DNA of 63,395 bases, counting the filler, from Choristocarpus tenellus KU-1152 (lineage: Eukaryota; Protista; Phaeophyceae): NCBI GenBank assembly GCA_964200185.2. It is 12 parts of 12 records of this genome, joined end to end, with 100 filler letters (N's around TTAATTAATTAA, not from the genome) between each part and the next. Parts side by side here need not be neighbours in the genome. Positions count along the whole stretch, not along the records: positions 37,167 to 40,537 come from CAXNAD020020473.1; positions 40,638 to 44,732 come from CAXNAD020016249.1; positions 44,833 to 58,022 come from CAXNAD020001559.1; 9 more parts are not named here. The stretch is one strand, 5' to 3'. Under the pieces are notes generated by a model, which saw only the letters and a program-made list of their open reading frames with translations, was not told where the DNA came from and made no database searches. Each line of letters opens with the position of its first letter. Position 1 is the stretch's first letter. Positions 38,889 to 49,860 of this stretch are shown here, in pieces. The position numbers and the translations under genes were made by a program.

Positions 38889-39782
38889 CTGAGAACACGC
38901 ATTAGCAACATTTAACAGCAACAGGTGCAGGCACCAAGAATATGGTCTCGTGGGCAGCAGGAGTTGCTAAAATTTGAAACGGAGTTCCCATACATTTGTG
39001 ATGCGTGATTCTTTCTGTAACTGGTGAGAATGGCACTTGGGGGGGACTAAAAAGGACGCCTACCATAGGAATACTACATTGTATCGTTCTAGGTCTTGAA
39101 ATATTTTTCTTTGTGGGGGGTGGGGGGGGGGGGGAAGAGGGTTTTGAACTCAGAAGTATGGTTACTGTTTTGCACAAAATCATTTCTACTTCATCAATTC
39201 ACCGTTAGCATGTCTCCCGACATCAATTCACCTGTAGACACAAAACACGCAACAGGGGGGTTAACAACCCAATCAAATAAATACATACACACTCAATGAA
39301 GACAAAGACACAATCTTTTTTTAACAAATAAATCACAACCCAACAGCTTCGCGCACTGAAGTCACTTCAGAATTTATGAACTATGTAAAAAAAGACACAG
39401 CTCTTTCCGCACATGTCATCGGAGTACAAGCATGCAAAGAAACGCCTGCCCTAAACACCAGAGCCAAACAAACATCGCCATGTAGCACAGTCCTCGGCAC
39501 ATGATTGGACAAGTGCATGTCCCCTTTCAAGGAAGAGGTTTTGTATCTTTCATACCTATGACGGCAGATCTTGCACACACCACAGAAAGGACTGGCGTAG
39601 AGGCTCCCGATCCACGAGTACATGGCTATGGTGTACCTGACAAGCAATGGTTCCGACGGTATATATGACATATATATATATATATGTATATATGCATCAC
39701 ACCACACACACATATGGACAACACACAACACAACACTTTGCATTATTAACATTTCACTATGAAATGTTACATACATACATAC

Positions 39783-39815
<33 letters not shown>

Positions 39816-40679
39816 GGGCTGTGAGTGCTACAAATATAACAGTGTGTCCTAGACTGGAGTGTTACTAGCACATTTACAAAGCGTAACACTGAAACAAGCA
39901 CATTTTCGTCTCCTGTGTTACAGGCATAACACACTAGGCAGTAATAACGGCGTCATTAGTGTGTTGTGTTGTGTTGTGTTGTGTTGTACAAGGGTTCCGA
40001 CGGTAAATAAGCAAAATATACATACATACATACAAATAAATAAATTCATACAAAAGCGCACCCCCCCCCCCCAAAAAAAAGAAAAAGAAAAAGAAAAGGC
40101 GTAAGTATACTTACTACTGGGGCAACAGAACGGCATGTACTTTGAACCAACCGAAAAAGTGGAGTGAACTACGAGTCGAGGGAGAGGGGGGGAGGAACAC
40201 TTCAATTAATATAACACACTCAACTACACGAAGCGTGCATGACAACTCGAGGGTATTGACAAGAAAAGGTACACTAAATGCAAGTATGAACGCAAAGAGG
40301 TTCGCATCGAAACAGCGGGCAATAAACACCGCCACCCCCCAGAGCAAAATACCTTACACATTGTGGTGACTACTCAGAGTGTCGTTCATCCTTTATTTAT
40401 TTATTTTTATTTACTTTCTCGCTACATGCACCGTAGCAGATCGCAACTGACAAAAAAAAAAAAAACACTTCGCTATAACACCTCCATCCCGAAATCAAGT
40501 TCATATGATAATAAAATTATCTCATATCTTTTTATTTNNNNNNNNNNNNNNNNNNNNNNNNNNNNNNNNNNNNNNNNNNNNTTAATTAATTAANNNNNNN
40601 NNNNNNNNNNNNNNNNNNNNNNNNNNNNNNNNNNNNNCTGGTGTTGCCCCCCCCCCCCCCCCAGATACATTGGGTCAAT

Positions 40680-40980
40680 CGGAGTTCCCCTTTTTGGGGT
40701 TCCACGCGCACGTTTACTGCTCGCACTAGTTAGAGCACGAGAATAAATACTTGTGCTATTCACCTGTAACGTGCCCCCAGCGTGAACTAGGTACGCACGT
40801 TTCACGCTTACACCACAAGCGATTTCCATGGGTTAAGGAAATGGATATCGTCTATCACCTCAATCGTGTGGCAGCAGCATGTATTGGTTTTCATTGGATG
40901 ACAGAGGGACTCCAGTTCCAAATTAGCCAGTTATTTCCAACACGGGGATTCCAGTTTGAAATTAACCAGTCGTTTCCAAC
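40680..40980. repeat. Dispersed ~300-bp repeat, homologous in inverse orientation to 58148-58440
   Basis: Shared segments cgtttactgctcgcact, atatcgtctatcacctcaatcgtg and actccagtt..aattagccagtt. Confidence 0.8.
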
Positions 40981-41419
40981 AATGATCGACATATCTCCTT
41001 GTTTCTTTTGGGAATGAATCCCCAAGTGTCGTAGCACACAGTCAGAATCAATAAATGTCTGACCAAATCAGAGTATATACTTTCAAAAAAGTTATATGTA
41101 ACTCCAACTAGGGTCAAAATAGATAAAAATGTCCTTGTTTTTCTTGGGAGAATCTGTCCCAAGGATCACAGAATACCGTCAGCGTTAGTTTGCACCTAAC
41201 CTAATCCGAGTATACACTTGTTCCTTCTGAAACACAACTTCAAAAGTTAAAGCGTACATTTCTGGTATGGCCTAAAACAAACAGGCCCCCAGTTTCGATC
41301 TCCCTAATCACAAACGTGATTTGTTTAAATCCTAAATCCATATTCCCTTTGAAAGCATCCGTCCACAAGGTCACAGGATACAATCTCAGTCAAATGTATC
41401 TGGCCTAATCCGAGTATAC

Positions 41420-41678
41420 GAGTGAAAGTATATTAGAGGGTAGGGATTTTGCCCTGTTTGTCCATTTAAGGCTTGGATTCGCATGGGGTTTTTTATGACA
41501 TTTTACCTACTCCAAAACCATTTGGAGTAGGTAAAAGTATATGTTATCAAAAGGTGTGTCTGGAACAAGGATAATGAGACTTCCTAACAAATATGATAGC
41601 CAAAATTAAATCAAACTTTCAACATTGGATTTTGGTCGCCAAACGGACGCGGCTGCACTCTCTAAGATACTTTGACTC
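41420..41678. mobile_element. ~260-bp MITE, full copy, inserted in a local degenerate tandem repeat
   Basis: GAG..CTC TIRs. Flanks tatac/tatac. A related empty site is at ~41200 (ctaatccgagtatacacttgttc). Confidence 0.9.
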
Positions 41679-43091
41679 TATACTTGTTCTTTCTGAACCA
41701 GACCTTCAAAAATTAGCGTATATAGATTTAATTTGGACGACCATTAATAGGTCCTTTGTTCCAATCTTCCCATCCACAAACGTGAGTAATGTGTAGGCAT
41801 GGGTTTCTGTTCCATACACTGCAAGGTTCTATTTCGTGTCTGCATCGTAAGTGCTATCAAGGAATAGATTCACAACCCCTACACTATTCATGACTTCCTG
41901 GATATCTGCTGGTTGCCTGTCCTATACCCCTAAGCATAAAGCATACTCAAGGCTCCTAGTGCGCAAAAGAGGTAATGAAAAAAATTAGAAAAAACAAAAA
42001 TAACGGTGGAAAATGAGAGCAACACAAAAGGGAGAAAAAAAGAAAAAAAAGAAAAAGAAAAAAAAGAACAAAGACAAAAAACGGAGGATCAGAAACAAGA
42101 AAAATAAGTAAAAAGAACGGAAGTGTGAGATATTATTCTTAAAAAAAGTAACAGAAATCAGTTGCGAAATAGAAAAAGGGGAAAAACAAAAAAATAATGT
42201 ATTGATTTTTTATTCGAAAGATTACAGGCTATGCAACCCATACTACTGTATGTTCTGATGTGGGCGACTTCTTGGTTCCAACTTCTGCTATCCTGCGTTC
42301 CTTTCAGTTAATATAACTATCCATGCCCTATTTTCTTGTTCTGGCATGCACCAGCTAATCCTCATCTTGCCTTTCGGGCATACAGTTGTTATCTGCTGGT
42401 AGGTCTGGAGAAGCCACTCTTCTCTCTCCTGTTGAATTCCTCCTAATCTCCATCCTTAAACCGTACCCTCCAGTAGGGTGACTTTAAGTCAAAACTGGGC
42501 CTTTGCGCCACCTGTGTCTTCCTCTTCCATCTTTCCTCGACTTTTTGACATACTGGTACCTATAGAGAAGAGAGACGTAACACATCCTCTCGGCGCAAGA
42601 GTCTTTCTTGAGCAAGAATATTTTTGGGCTTGGTCTTTTGTTAGGATTGCAAAGGCCCCAGAAGGCATGATAAACATCCAACTGTAGCGAGGTAAATCTG
42701 TTCATTGATTCTGTTTTTTTAATTCAGTCTGATAATTATCAATTTTATAATTTCCTTTGTACTAAAATGCCATCTGCTAAGGGCAGAGAAGGAGGGTACA
42801 CTGCTACTGCAGGATCTGGGTGTTGGAACACTGACAAAAGGTACCCATGGGGACTGTGGGGATGATCGGAAGCCGTGACCTTCTCTGAATGACAGTATGC
42901 TCTGGTGTTGTCTACGCTATGTTGAGATATGGTAAGCCGTTGCCACCACCCCCTAAAGAGCAGTGCTGCGCCAAAAAACAGACGAGACGTAATTCCCCCC
43001 TCCTGCACCTGTGCCAAGGAGTCAGGGGATCCCTTGCACTATGGAGGATGGTAGCCCATTCGCAGTGGACAGGAATTTCCGCATGGGTGTG

Positions 43092-43349
43092 GAGCCAAAG
43101 TATCTTAGAGGGTAGAGCTGCGTCCATTTGGGGGGCCAAAAGTCAATGTTACTATTTTGATGTTATTTTGGCTATCATGTTTGTTAGGAAGTGTCCATAT
43201 CCTTATTCTGCACACAAGTTTAATAACGTATACATTTTAACTACTCCTAAACTTTTGAAGTGGGAAAATGTCATAAAATAACCCATGGGAAGCCAAGCCC
43301 CAAATGGACAAACAGGGCAAAACTCGTACCCTCTAAGATACTTTCACTC
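43092..43349. mobile_element. ~260-bp MITE, full copy, 4-bp TSD TGTG
   Basis: GAG..CTC TIRs. Removing the element plus one TGTG restores colinearity with the paralogous empty site at ~44360-44386 (-). Confidence 0.92.
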
Positions 43350-43483
43350 TGTGGTCTTCCATGCTGGAGCTCTTGGAGACACCGGATCAGCTCCCTACCA
43401 GGACAAAGGTCTCCTCCTTGATGTTACGTTTGCAGAAGTGCAAGCAGTCTCCAATCTGCCCCACTCATCCACCACCAATGGTG

Positions 43484-43574
43484 TGTTAGAACACTAGTAA
43501 ACCCCTGAGCTACCGACGAGGTAGTTAGCCTGACTACCTCCTCGGTAGCTCAGGTGTTTACTAATGTTATAACG
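43484..43574. mobile_element. 91-bp palindromic (foldback) insertion with TSD TGGTG
   Basis: Two ~41-bp arms are near-perfect reverse complements around a short loop. Absent from the paralogous copy at ~44240 (caatggtgtagctg). Confidence 0.85.
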
Positions 43575-43929
43575 TGGTGTAGCTGTTGCTGCTGCCGGGG
43601 CGCGAAAGCCCACCCACTACGAGGGTTCTTTTGACCCTCGTAGTTTTAAGGATGAGTTGACTACACACGCAGTAGGGGGGAGAGGGATGGGAGGTTAAAG
43701 CAGGAAATGAGCTGTCAAATCCCATTTACAGCAGATTGTCTGTCACAACACTAGTGCCTCTATCAAGTCGTGTCATGCGTTTTGAGCTGGAAACACTAGG
43801 GAGATGGGCGAGGAGCAGCCTGTCAGATTCTGGGGATGCTTCCCTAGCTCCTCGCCCTATCGTGTAGGGCTAAGCTAGGTTGGAGGCATAGCTGGGGAGT
43901 GGTGTAGTATAGCTGGTATTAAGTAGTTT

Positions 43930-44697
43930 TTCGCTCCTTGCCCATCTCCCTGGTGTCTCCAGCGTAAGACGCATGGCACGTCTAGACAGATCACCTGCAT
44001 TGCAACAGAGAATATTGTCGTAGGTGGGATTTGAACGCCCCTTTCCTGTTGTAGGCTCCCATCCATCTCCCCCCTACTGTATGTGTAGCTAGCTCATCCA
44101 GAAAACGTTCCACTTGCTAACCGAGTTGCCCAAAACTTTCCACCGTGAAGGTGTTGAGGTTACAACTACGAGGATCAAAAGAGTCCTGGTAGTAGGTGCG
44201 CTTTGTGCGCTTTTGCGCCTCAGCAGCAGCAGCAGCTACACCATTGCTGATGGATGAGTATGGCAGGTGAAAGACTGTCTGCACTTCTCCAAATGTAACC
44301 TCCAGGAGGAGGCCTTTGTCTCCATAGGGAGCTGATCCGGCGTCCGCGAGTGCATCAGCATGGAGGACCAGATCCATGCGGAAATTCTTATCTGCCGTAC
44401 ATGGGCTGCTATCCTCCATAGTGCAAGGGATGCCCATTCCTTTGCAAATTTGCTCAAGACGTTTCATCATCGGCATGTGTTGGCGAACCTGCCTTCCTAC
44501 CCTAGGGTAGGTGCGGGCATGTCTGGTATCTACATTTTGTCTCCTGCAACCAGCCACCGGGCACCTGTTCGATAGGGTCTCCTCTCTCCCTAGGGATCTG
44601 CTGGCAGTTAGTTTAAACTCTACGGAGTGGATCTGGCATGCCGGCTCCAGGGGTTATGTTGAGGCCCATGCTTTTAACCCTTGTCCACATTGGCTCC
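43930..44697 (-). mobile_element. CRE-like non-LTR retrotransposon 3' region (CCHC finger remnant plus restriction-like endonuclease)
   Basis: ORF 44117-44557: RHART..RQH, E..FRMDLVL..LLLEVTF, AAAAEAQKR..YY and FTVESFGQLG, fitting the RH/E/RxD/D/K..Y pattern of RLE-type non-LTR elements. Confidence 0.8.
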
Positions 44698-44879
44698 AGA
44701 CCCAAAGTATCTGGGGGGGGGGGGGTCTACACNNNNNNNNNNNNNNNNNNNNNNNNNNNNNNNNNNNNNNNNNNNNTTAATTAATTAANNNNNNNNNNNN
44801 NNNNNNNNNNNNNNNNNNNNNNNNNNNNNNNNGGGGGGAGCACACCCCTGGGGGGGGGGGGGGGGGGGGTGGGTGGGGT

Positions 44880-45097
44880 GGGGTGCCCGACCTCGTTACC
44901 TACTGCGCACGTCAGCAGACACGTCAGAACGTGTCTGTGTCAGTCGTTCTGCGTCAGTCGTAGCTGCGTCTGCTACTTGTGGCAAACCAATGACTCCGGC
45001 AGTGCAGAGGCAAGTGATCGACAATTAAGCCATTCAGCTAACAGCTTTATTACATGCTATTTGCTATTAAAAACCTTCCGAAAAAGACCTACATACT
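44880..45097 (-). repeat. Partial LTR of the nested Copia family
   Basis: gcacgtcagcagacacgtcag..gtcagtcgtagctgcgtc..gacaattaagccattcagcta matches the other LTR copies. Confidence 0.8.
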
Positions 45098-45163
45098 AAG
45101 GGGATGGACTAGCTTCGCCCTCTGTGGCAATCTTGATTTTTTTCACCCTATCGCCGCAACAGG

Positions 45164-45350
45164 AGCAAAAAAAATTGTGTGGCTGTTGGTCCTGGAAGGG
45201 GTTCCGGAGCTGGTTCCATTAATGCTTGGACTTTACAAATAACTGATTTAGATCCGATAAAATTTGGTTTACTTTTTGAGAGTTTTTTATATCCTGAATG
45301 CGTTTCAATGCCGGATTTTGATACTGATTTTTGTCAAGAGTGTAGACAGG
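45164..45350 (+). pseudogene. dnaE: Fragment of bacterial DNA polymerase III alpha subunit (alphaproteobacterial/Rickettsiales-like), decayed
   Basis: [61 protein letters not shown] matches the DnaE signature [41 protein letters not shown]-rich codons. Only ~62 codons, with normally conserved residues substituted. Confidence 0.9.
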
Positions 45351-46669
45351 TAGAGTTTCAGACTTTTGATAAAATCGGATATGAATTCAGGTAATCGCAT
45401 ATCCGTTCAATAAAAACACAAAAAATTAATTTAAGATATTTGTTTGTTGTGACAAAGCTAATATGCGAACCTATTGTTAATATGCATATTATTAAACACC
45501 ATAAGGGTTAGTGTAGCATTTAAAAAATCCCTTTAATGGCAATTTAAATTATAACGGTAGATTACTGGGAATTGAGGATGGTAAAATATGGTTAATCATG
45601 ACAATATTAGGAAAGCAAATCTAGTTTTAACAAAAGAGTTTTTTAAGATTTTGTTAAATAAAAAAATAATTTGAAGAGAGTTTAACATGGATGATTTGCA
45701 GTAAGGTTGAGATACTACAAATAATTGATTAAGTAGACATACAACAATATATATATATATATATATATGAAATGAAAGGGTATAACAAAATCCTTTGAAA
45801 TGTAGTGGTTTTTGTGTAAGCTTCGGGGAGCGGCAGCTATGTCCCGATCAAATTATGGAATAAACGTAGGGGAATATCTACGGCGCAATTTTGAAGGTCA
45901 CGACTTCAAAAGATACAAAAATGAAGTGATTGGCTGAACTCCTTGCAGAAAACTGGTCCAGATTAGGTTGCTTACCAAGTTTGACCGGTGCGGCCCTACC
46001 AAATTTTTTTCAAGATTTCCCAACATCATTTTATTACGCCTTTTGCAAACTTTCTGTCAGGACACACACACGTGACTTACACAGCAACATGAACCGCAAC
46101 GGTGAGACAAGGAGAGCCACTGAGGCCGCTCTGCCCTCTGGATCTATCCTCGGCACCTTCTCTGTCCAGAGGGGCCGGAAAAACAAGTACCATGAGAAAT
46201 TCAGTGCGTTGTTAGGCGACGAGAAAGTTCGAGTAGTGTTGCGCAGCAGCATGATCAAATCGTGAAATGGACCACGCGGTCGCGACACTGATGCTGAGAG
46301 AAGATGCATTGAAAGCATTACCACACAAACGTGGTTGGGTCTTCAACCACGTCGGAGAACTGCTCTGCAGTCTCTGCCACCTCGGGAAAACAGGAAGAGG
46401 GCGGTGAGTCCATCACCAGGTGGTACAGTGACGAAGTCTGTGGAAAGGCCTGGTTAGCGTGGGCGAAGGAAACAGAGTGGCCGCCCGAAGGGAAGATTGC
46501 GGAAGAGAGGAGTGCGACTGCGTGCCATTGCGCTCAGGAAACGCCTAATCAAAAACTCGGGTGTAGAATATCTTAGTAGTCGACAGTCATCCTTGCCGAG
46601 GTCAGAGAGTGGGTGTGCGAATACACAGGAAGAAAGGGAGGGAAGGCTTTTTCCTGCGTAAACCCTATA

Positions 46670-46747
46670 CTTTAATCAAGTAATAGTGCATCTGTTGCCA
46701 ATCTTGGGGACCAATTCAGGGTTCGAATCCAATATGAGCGCTTTTTC
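46670..46747 (+). other. tRNA-derived (SINE-like or tRNA pseudogene) remnant
   Basis: Perfect B-box GGTTCGAATCC at 46720-46730, followed by a T6 run. A-box degenerate; no cloverleaf. Confidence 0.3.
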
Positions 46748-46889
46748 TTCAAAAAAAGAAAAAAATAACAATAAAGTGAGCTCGTACTCTGAAGTGCCTT
46801 CTGATAGGCACTACGAATATGCTTTTATTTTTTTAATCCAATGTCTATATCAAAAGTTATGACGGGACAACCCCAGAGGGAAAAGGTAC

Positions 46890-48230
46890 TGGTACCACTA
46901 TACCAACCAATACTGCACATTCCCCAATGAGTGTGCGGCAGAGTTGCTAACAAAGCTCACACCCGACGCGAAAGCATAGAATACACAAAATCAGAAGGCT
47001 TTTGCGCAAAGAATTGGTCAAAATGTCGTCCAGTTGTTTGGATGAAGGAACGTATCGTGCGTGGAACAGACCCTGGTCCACGTATTTCTCTGGTGCACTT
47101 GAGCTTCATGTCCACGTGCTTGGTTCTCCCGTTGAAACCTGTGATGCTGCCCGCCTGGATAGCAAGCACCACAGTTGCCACAGAACCAGCGAGTTTGGTC
47201 CTGCAGCGCGCCATCTCCCCCAGAATGCCTCGAAGGAAGATGCAGTGGCACATGCCGTATGCCATTGCCATCCAATCTGCCTCCGACCTGGAGAGGGTGA
47301 TCTGCGAAAAAGAGCTTTTCGAATAGAATTTATTAGCGGAGTGAGCACCATTCCACGAGGTGGGGGGTGCTCTGCCTCGTTAACTATTGCGCACATCAAC
47401 AGACACGTAAGAAGGTGTCTGTGTCTGTCGCATTACGCCACTCATTCTACGTCAGTCGTAGCTACGTCAGCTCACCCATCACGCGAAAGCACGGAATGCA
47501 CAAAATCAGAAGTAAGGCTCTTGCGCAAAGACTTGGTCAAAATTTCAGCCAGTTGTTTTGATCTTGGAACGTATTCTACGTGGAACAGACCCTGGTCCAC
47601 GTATTCTCTGGTGCACTTCAGCTTCATGTCAACGTGCTTGGTTCTCCCGTTGAAACCGGTAATGCTGCCCGCCTGGATAGCACCACGGTTGTCACAGAAC
47701 CAGCGAGTTTGATCCTTAGTACGCCGATCTCTCCCAGAATGCCTCGAAGGAAAATGCAGTGGCGCATGCCGTATGCCATTACCGTCAACTCTGCCTCCGA
47801 GCTGGAGAGGGTGACGGCGCCTTGAAGCTTGGAGCGCCAAGCGATCGGCGATCCGTTGAACAATAGTAGGTAGATAACCAGTGACGCTCCTGCGTGTTTG
47901 GGAGTCGGTGCCTCAGTCGGAATCCCCATATCTCACCAAGAAGAGCTCTCCGTCCCCTCCGTTCATATCTTTTGTCCCCCGACCATAGTGAATGCAGACG
48001 TCCAGTGTCCCTGCTACGTAGCGAAGAACGTATGTGCGACTGGAGCACTCAGAAACATTACAGAAGTAGGATATGGATGCCAAGCAAGATGGCTTTTTAC
48101 GCTGTTTGGACAACAAGCATCCACAAACCTGCACGTCGATCCCCTCAAAGGATGGGGGATTAACAGCAAGCCCACCCCTTACATGAATCTGGAACCACGA
48201 TGAGACCAAGGGCATACGCTACTTGGACCC
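46890..48230 (-). mobile_element. Two tandem Copia RNase H/3' fragments separated by a partial LTR (47303-47470)
   Basis: NGRTKHVDMKLKCTRE occurs twice, plus PIAWRSKLQGAVTLSSSEAE and QLAEILTKSL. PPT remnant next to an LTR end at 46919. Confidence 0.85.
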
Positions 48231-49356
48231 GTGCAACAACAAGAGAGCCTGCCATCCCGACACATGTTATGAAGAATAATGCTCAGGGTGCAATATATAC
48301 ATCTACCTGTACAAAGTGGCTGTCCGCCACATTTTCCTTGTTCGTGTGCACAACCGAAAGCATTATATTTGAACATGAGTACATTTATCTCCTCCCTTCT
48401 TTTCTCCCTTCAGAATCCAGATTTTGAAGGATGATGAAGTGTATCAGATTCTTAAGAACTGGTTGAAGGTCTTAGGCTTGGATAGAGGAACACATTGATA
48501 CACCACCTTTATCAAGTGGAGGCCCATCTACATCACCTAGCCCACAATGACGTGGCCAAAAAGACTTTACTACTACAATCTTGTGTAACAAATATCGACT
48601 AAAACACACTTCACATCAAAAAACTAAGTAGTCCTATGCTTGCACACACACAACCTACAACCAAATGTCTTTCGTCTTTCTTCGCCAAGCAGCTCCTGAG
48701 TTTGTGCGAATCACCCGTCCATTGATGCTCTCATCTTGTGCTAAAGGAGCAACCGCAACAAAGCACACTAGGAGACGCTGCTTCAGGGAGATAAACTGAT
48801 TTGATCCTGTGACTACGACTTTGCAAGAAGGGGTAAGGGTCCGACTTGGAAGAGGTCGAGACTGTCTTTGAGAGTCCTTCCAACATGATGAGCTTCTTAA
48901 TATGAGTTGACAACCCATCGTGAATATTCTCTACTCCTCCCTCTTCATTTTCAGTATCCCCTCATTTCTTATTCACTTACTCTTTTGATCCTCTTTCCTC
49001 CGTGAAGTTCATTCTTAGTGAACTTCATACAAATGTACCATAAATCCGTATGTATGTAGTACAAGCCCTTCGCCAAGTTCTTGCTGAGAATTCCAAGAGA
49101 TTGAATGACAAAAAATATTTCAGGTAGCAAAGAGGTAATTTAGATGATAGAGACACAATCCTCACACTTGTCAGAACCATCCTCAACAACTTCGGTAGAT
49201 TTCCAATCTAAGTGCAATCATGGTGATAATAACCTGACGCAGCAGGAGCTCTTTAATGTACTACTGACCGCAATGTTCCCTGCTGCTCTGTTAATAAAAG
49301 ACTTGAGGCACAGATTTGAGTTTTTAACCAAAGTCACAGCCAGAATGAGTTGTGCA

Positions 49357-49725
49357 TGTGCAAAAAAAACTGTTCGAATAGAGTTTTGCTTCATGTGCTA
49401 TGGGATGAATTAATTAGCGGAGTGAGCACTATCCCTCGATGGGGGAGTGTGCCCTGCCTCGTTAGCAACTGCGCACGTCAGAAGACACGTCAGAATGTGT
49501 CTGTGTCATTCGCACTACGTCAGTTTTTCTGCGTCATTCACACTAAGCCACTCTTTCTGCGTCAGACGTACTTCATCACACATTCTGCGTCAGTCGTAGC
49601 TACCTCAGTCATCCTGCGTCAACCACTTACATCCGTCGAGATTCAAACCTATTACTCTGGGCCTACAGAAAATAGTGATTGACAATTAAGCCACTTAATC
49701 AACGTTTTTGTTATATGCTACTAGA
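49357..49725 (-). repeat. LTR of the nested Copia family (near-solo, truncated)
   Basis: tgtgcaaaaaaaactgttcgaatag..agcggagtgagcac.. homologous to the other LTRs. Confidence 0.85.
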
Positions 49726-49860
49726 AGCTCATATTACACAATAGACATCGCAGTGTACAGAGGATGAGGCATCGACGCCACGGACTTTACACAGGCCTGC
49801 CTCAGCGCAGACCTGTAGCAGGATGTCCGGCTTTAACATCAAATCAAGTCATTCGCGATC

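Larger units (their letters stand above)
42900..43926 (+). mobile_element. CRE-like non-LTR retrotransposon 3' fragment, interrupted by a MITE and a foldback
   Basis: ..NFRMGVV|FHAGALGDTGSAPYQDKGLLLDVTF..ARKPTHYEGSFDPRS.. Confidence 0.75.

Noticed and set aside
45179-45394. Functional dnaE gene or split-intein DnaE
   Set aside because: Only ~62 homologous codons, substitutions at conserved sites, no intein motifs and no flanking dnaE sequence.
47002-47712. 236-aa plus-strand ORF
   Set aside because: Antisense shadow of Copia RNase H fragments and an LTR.
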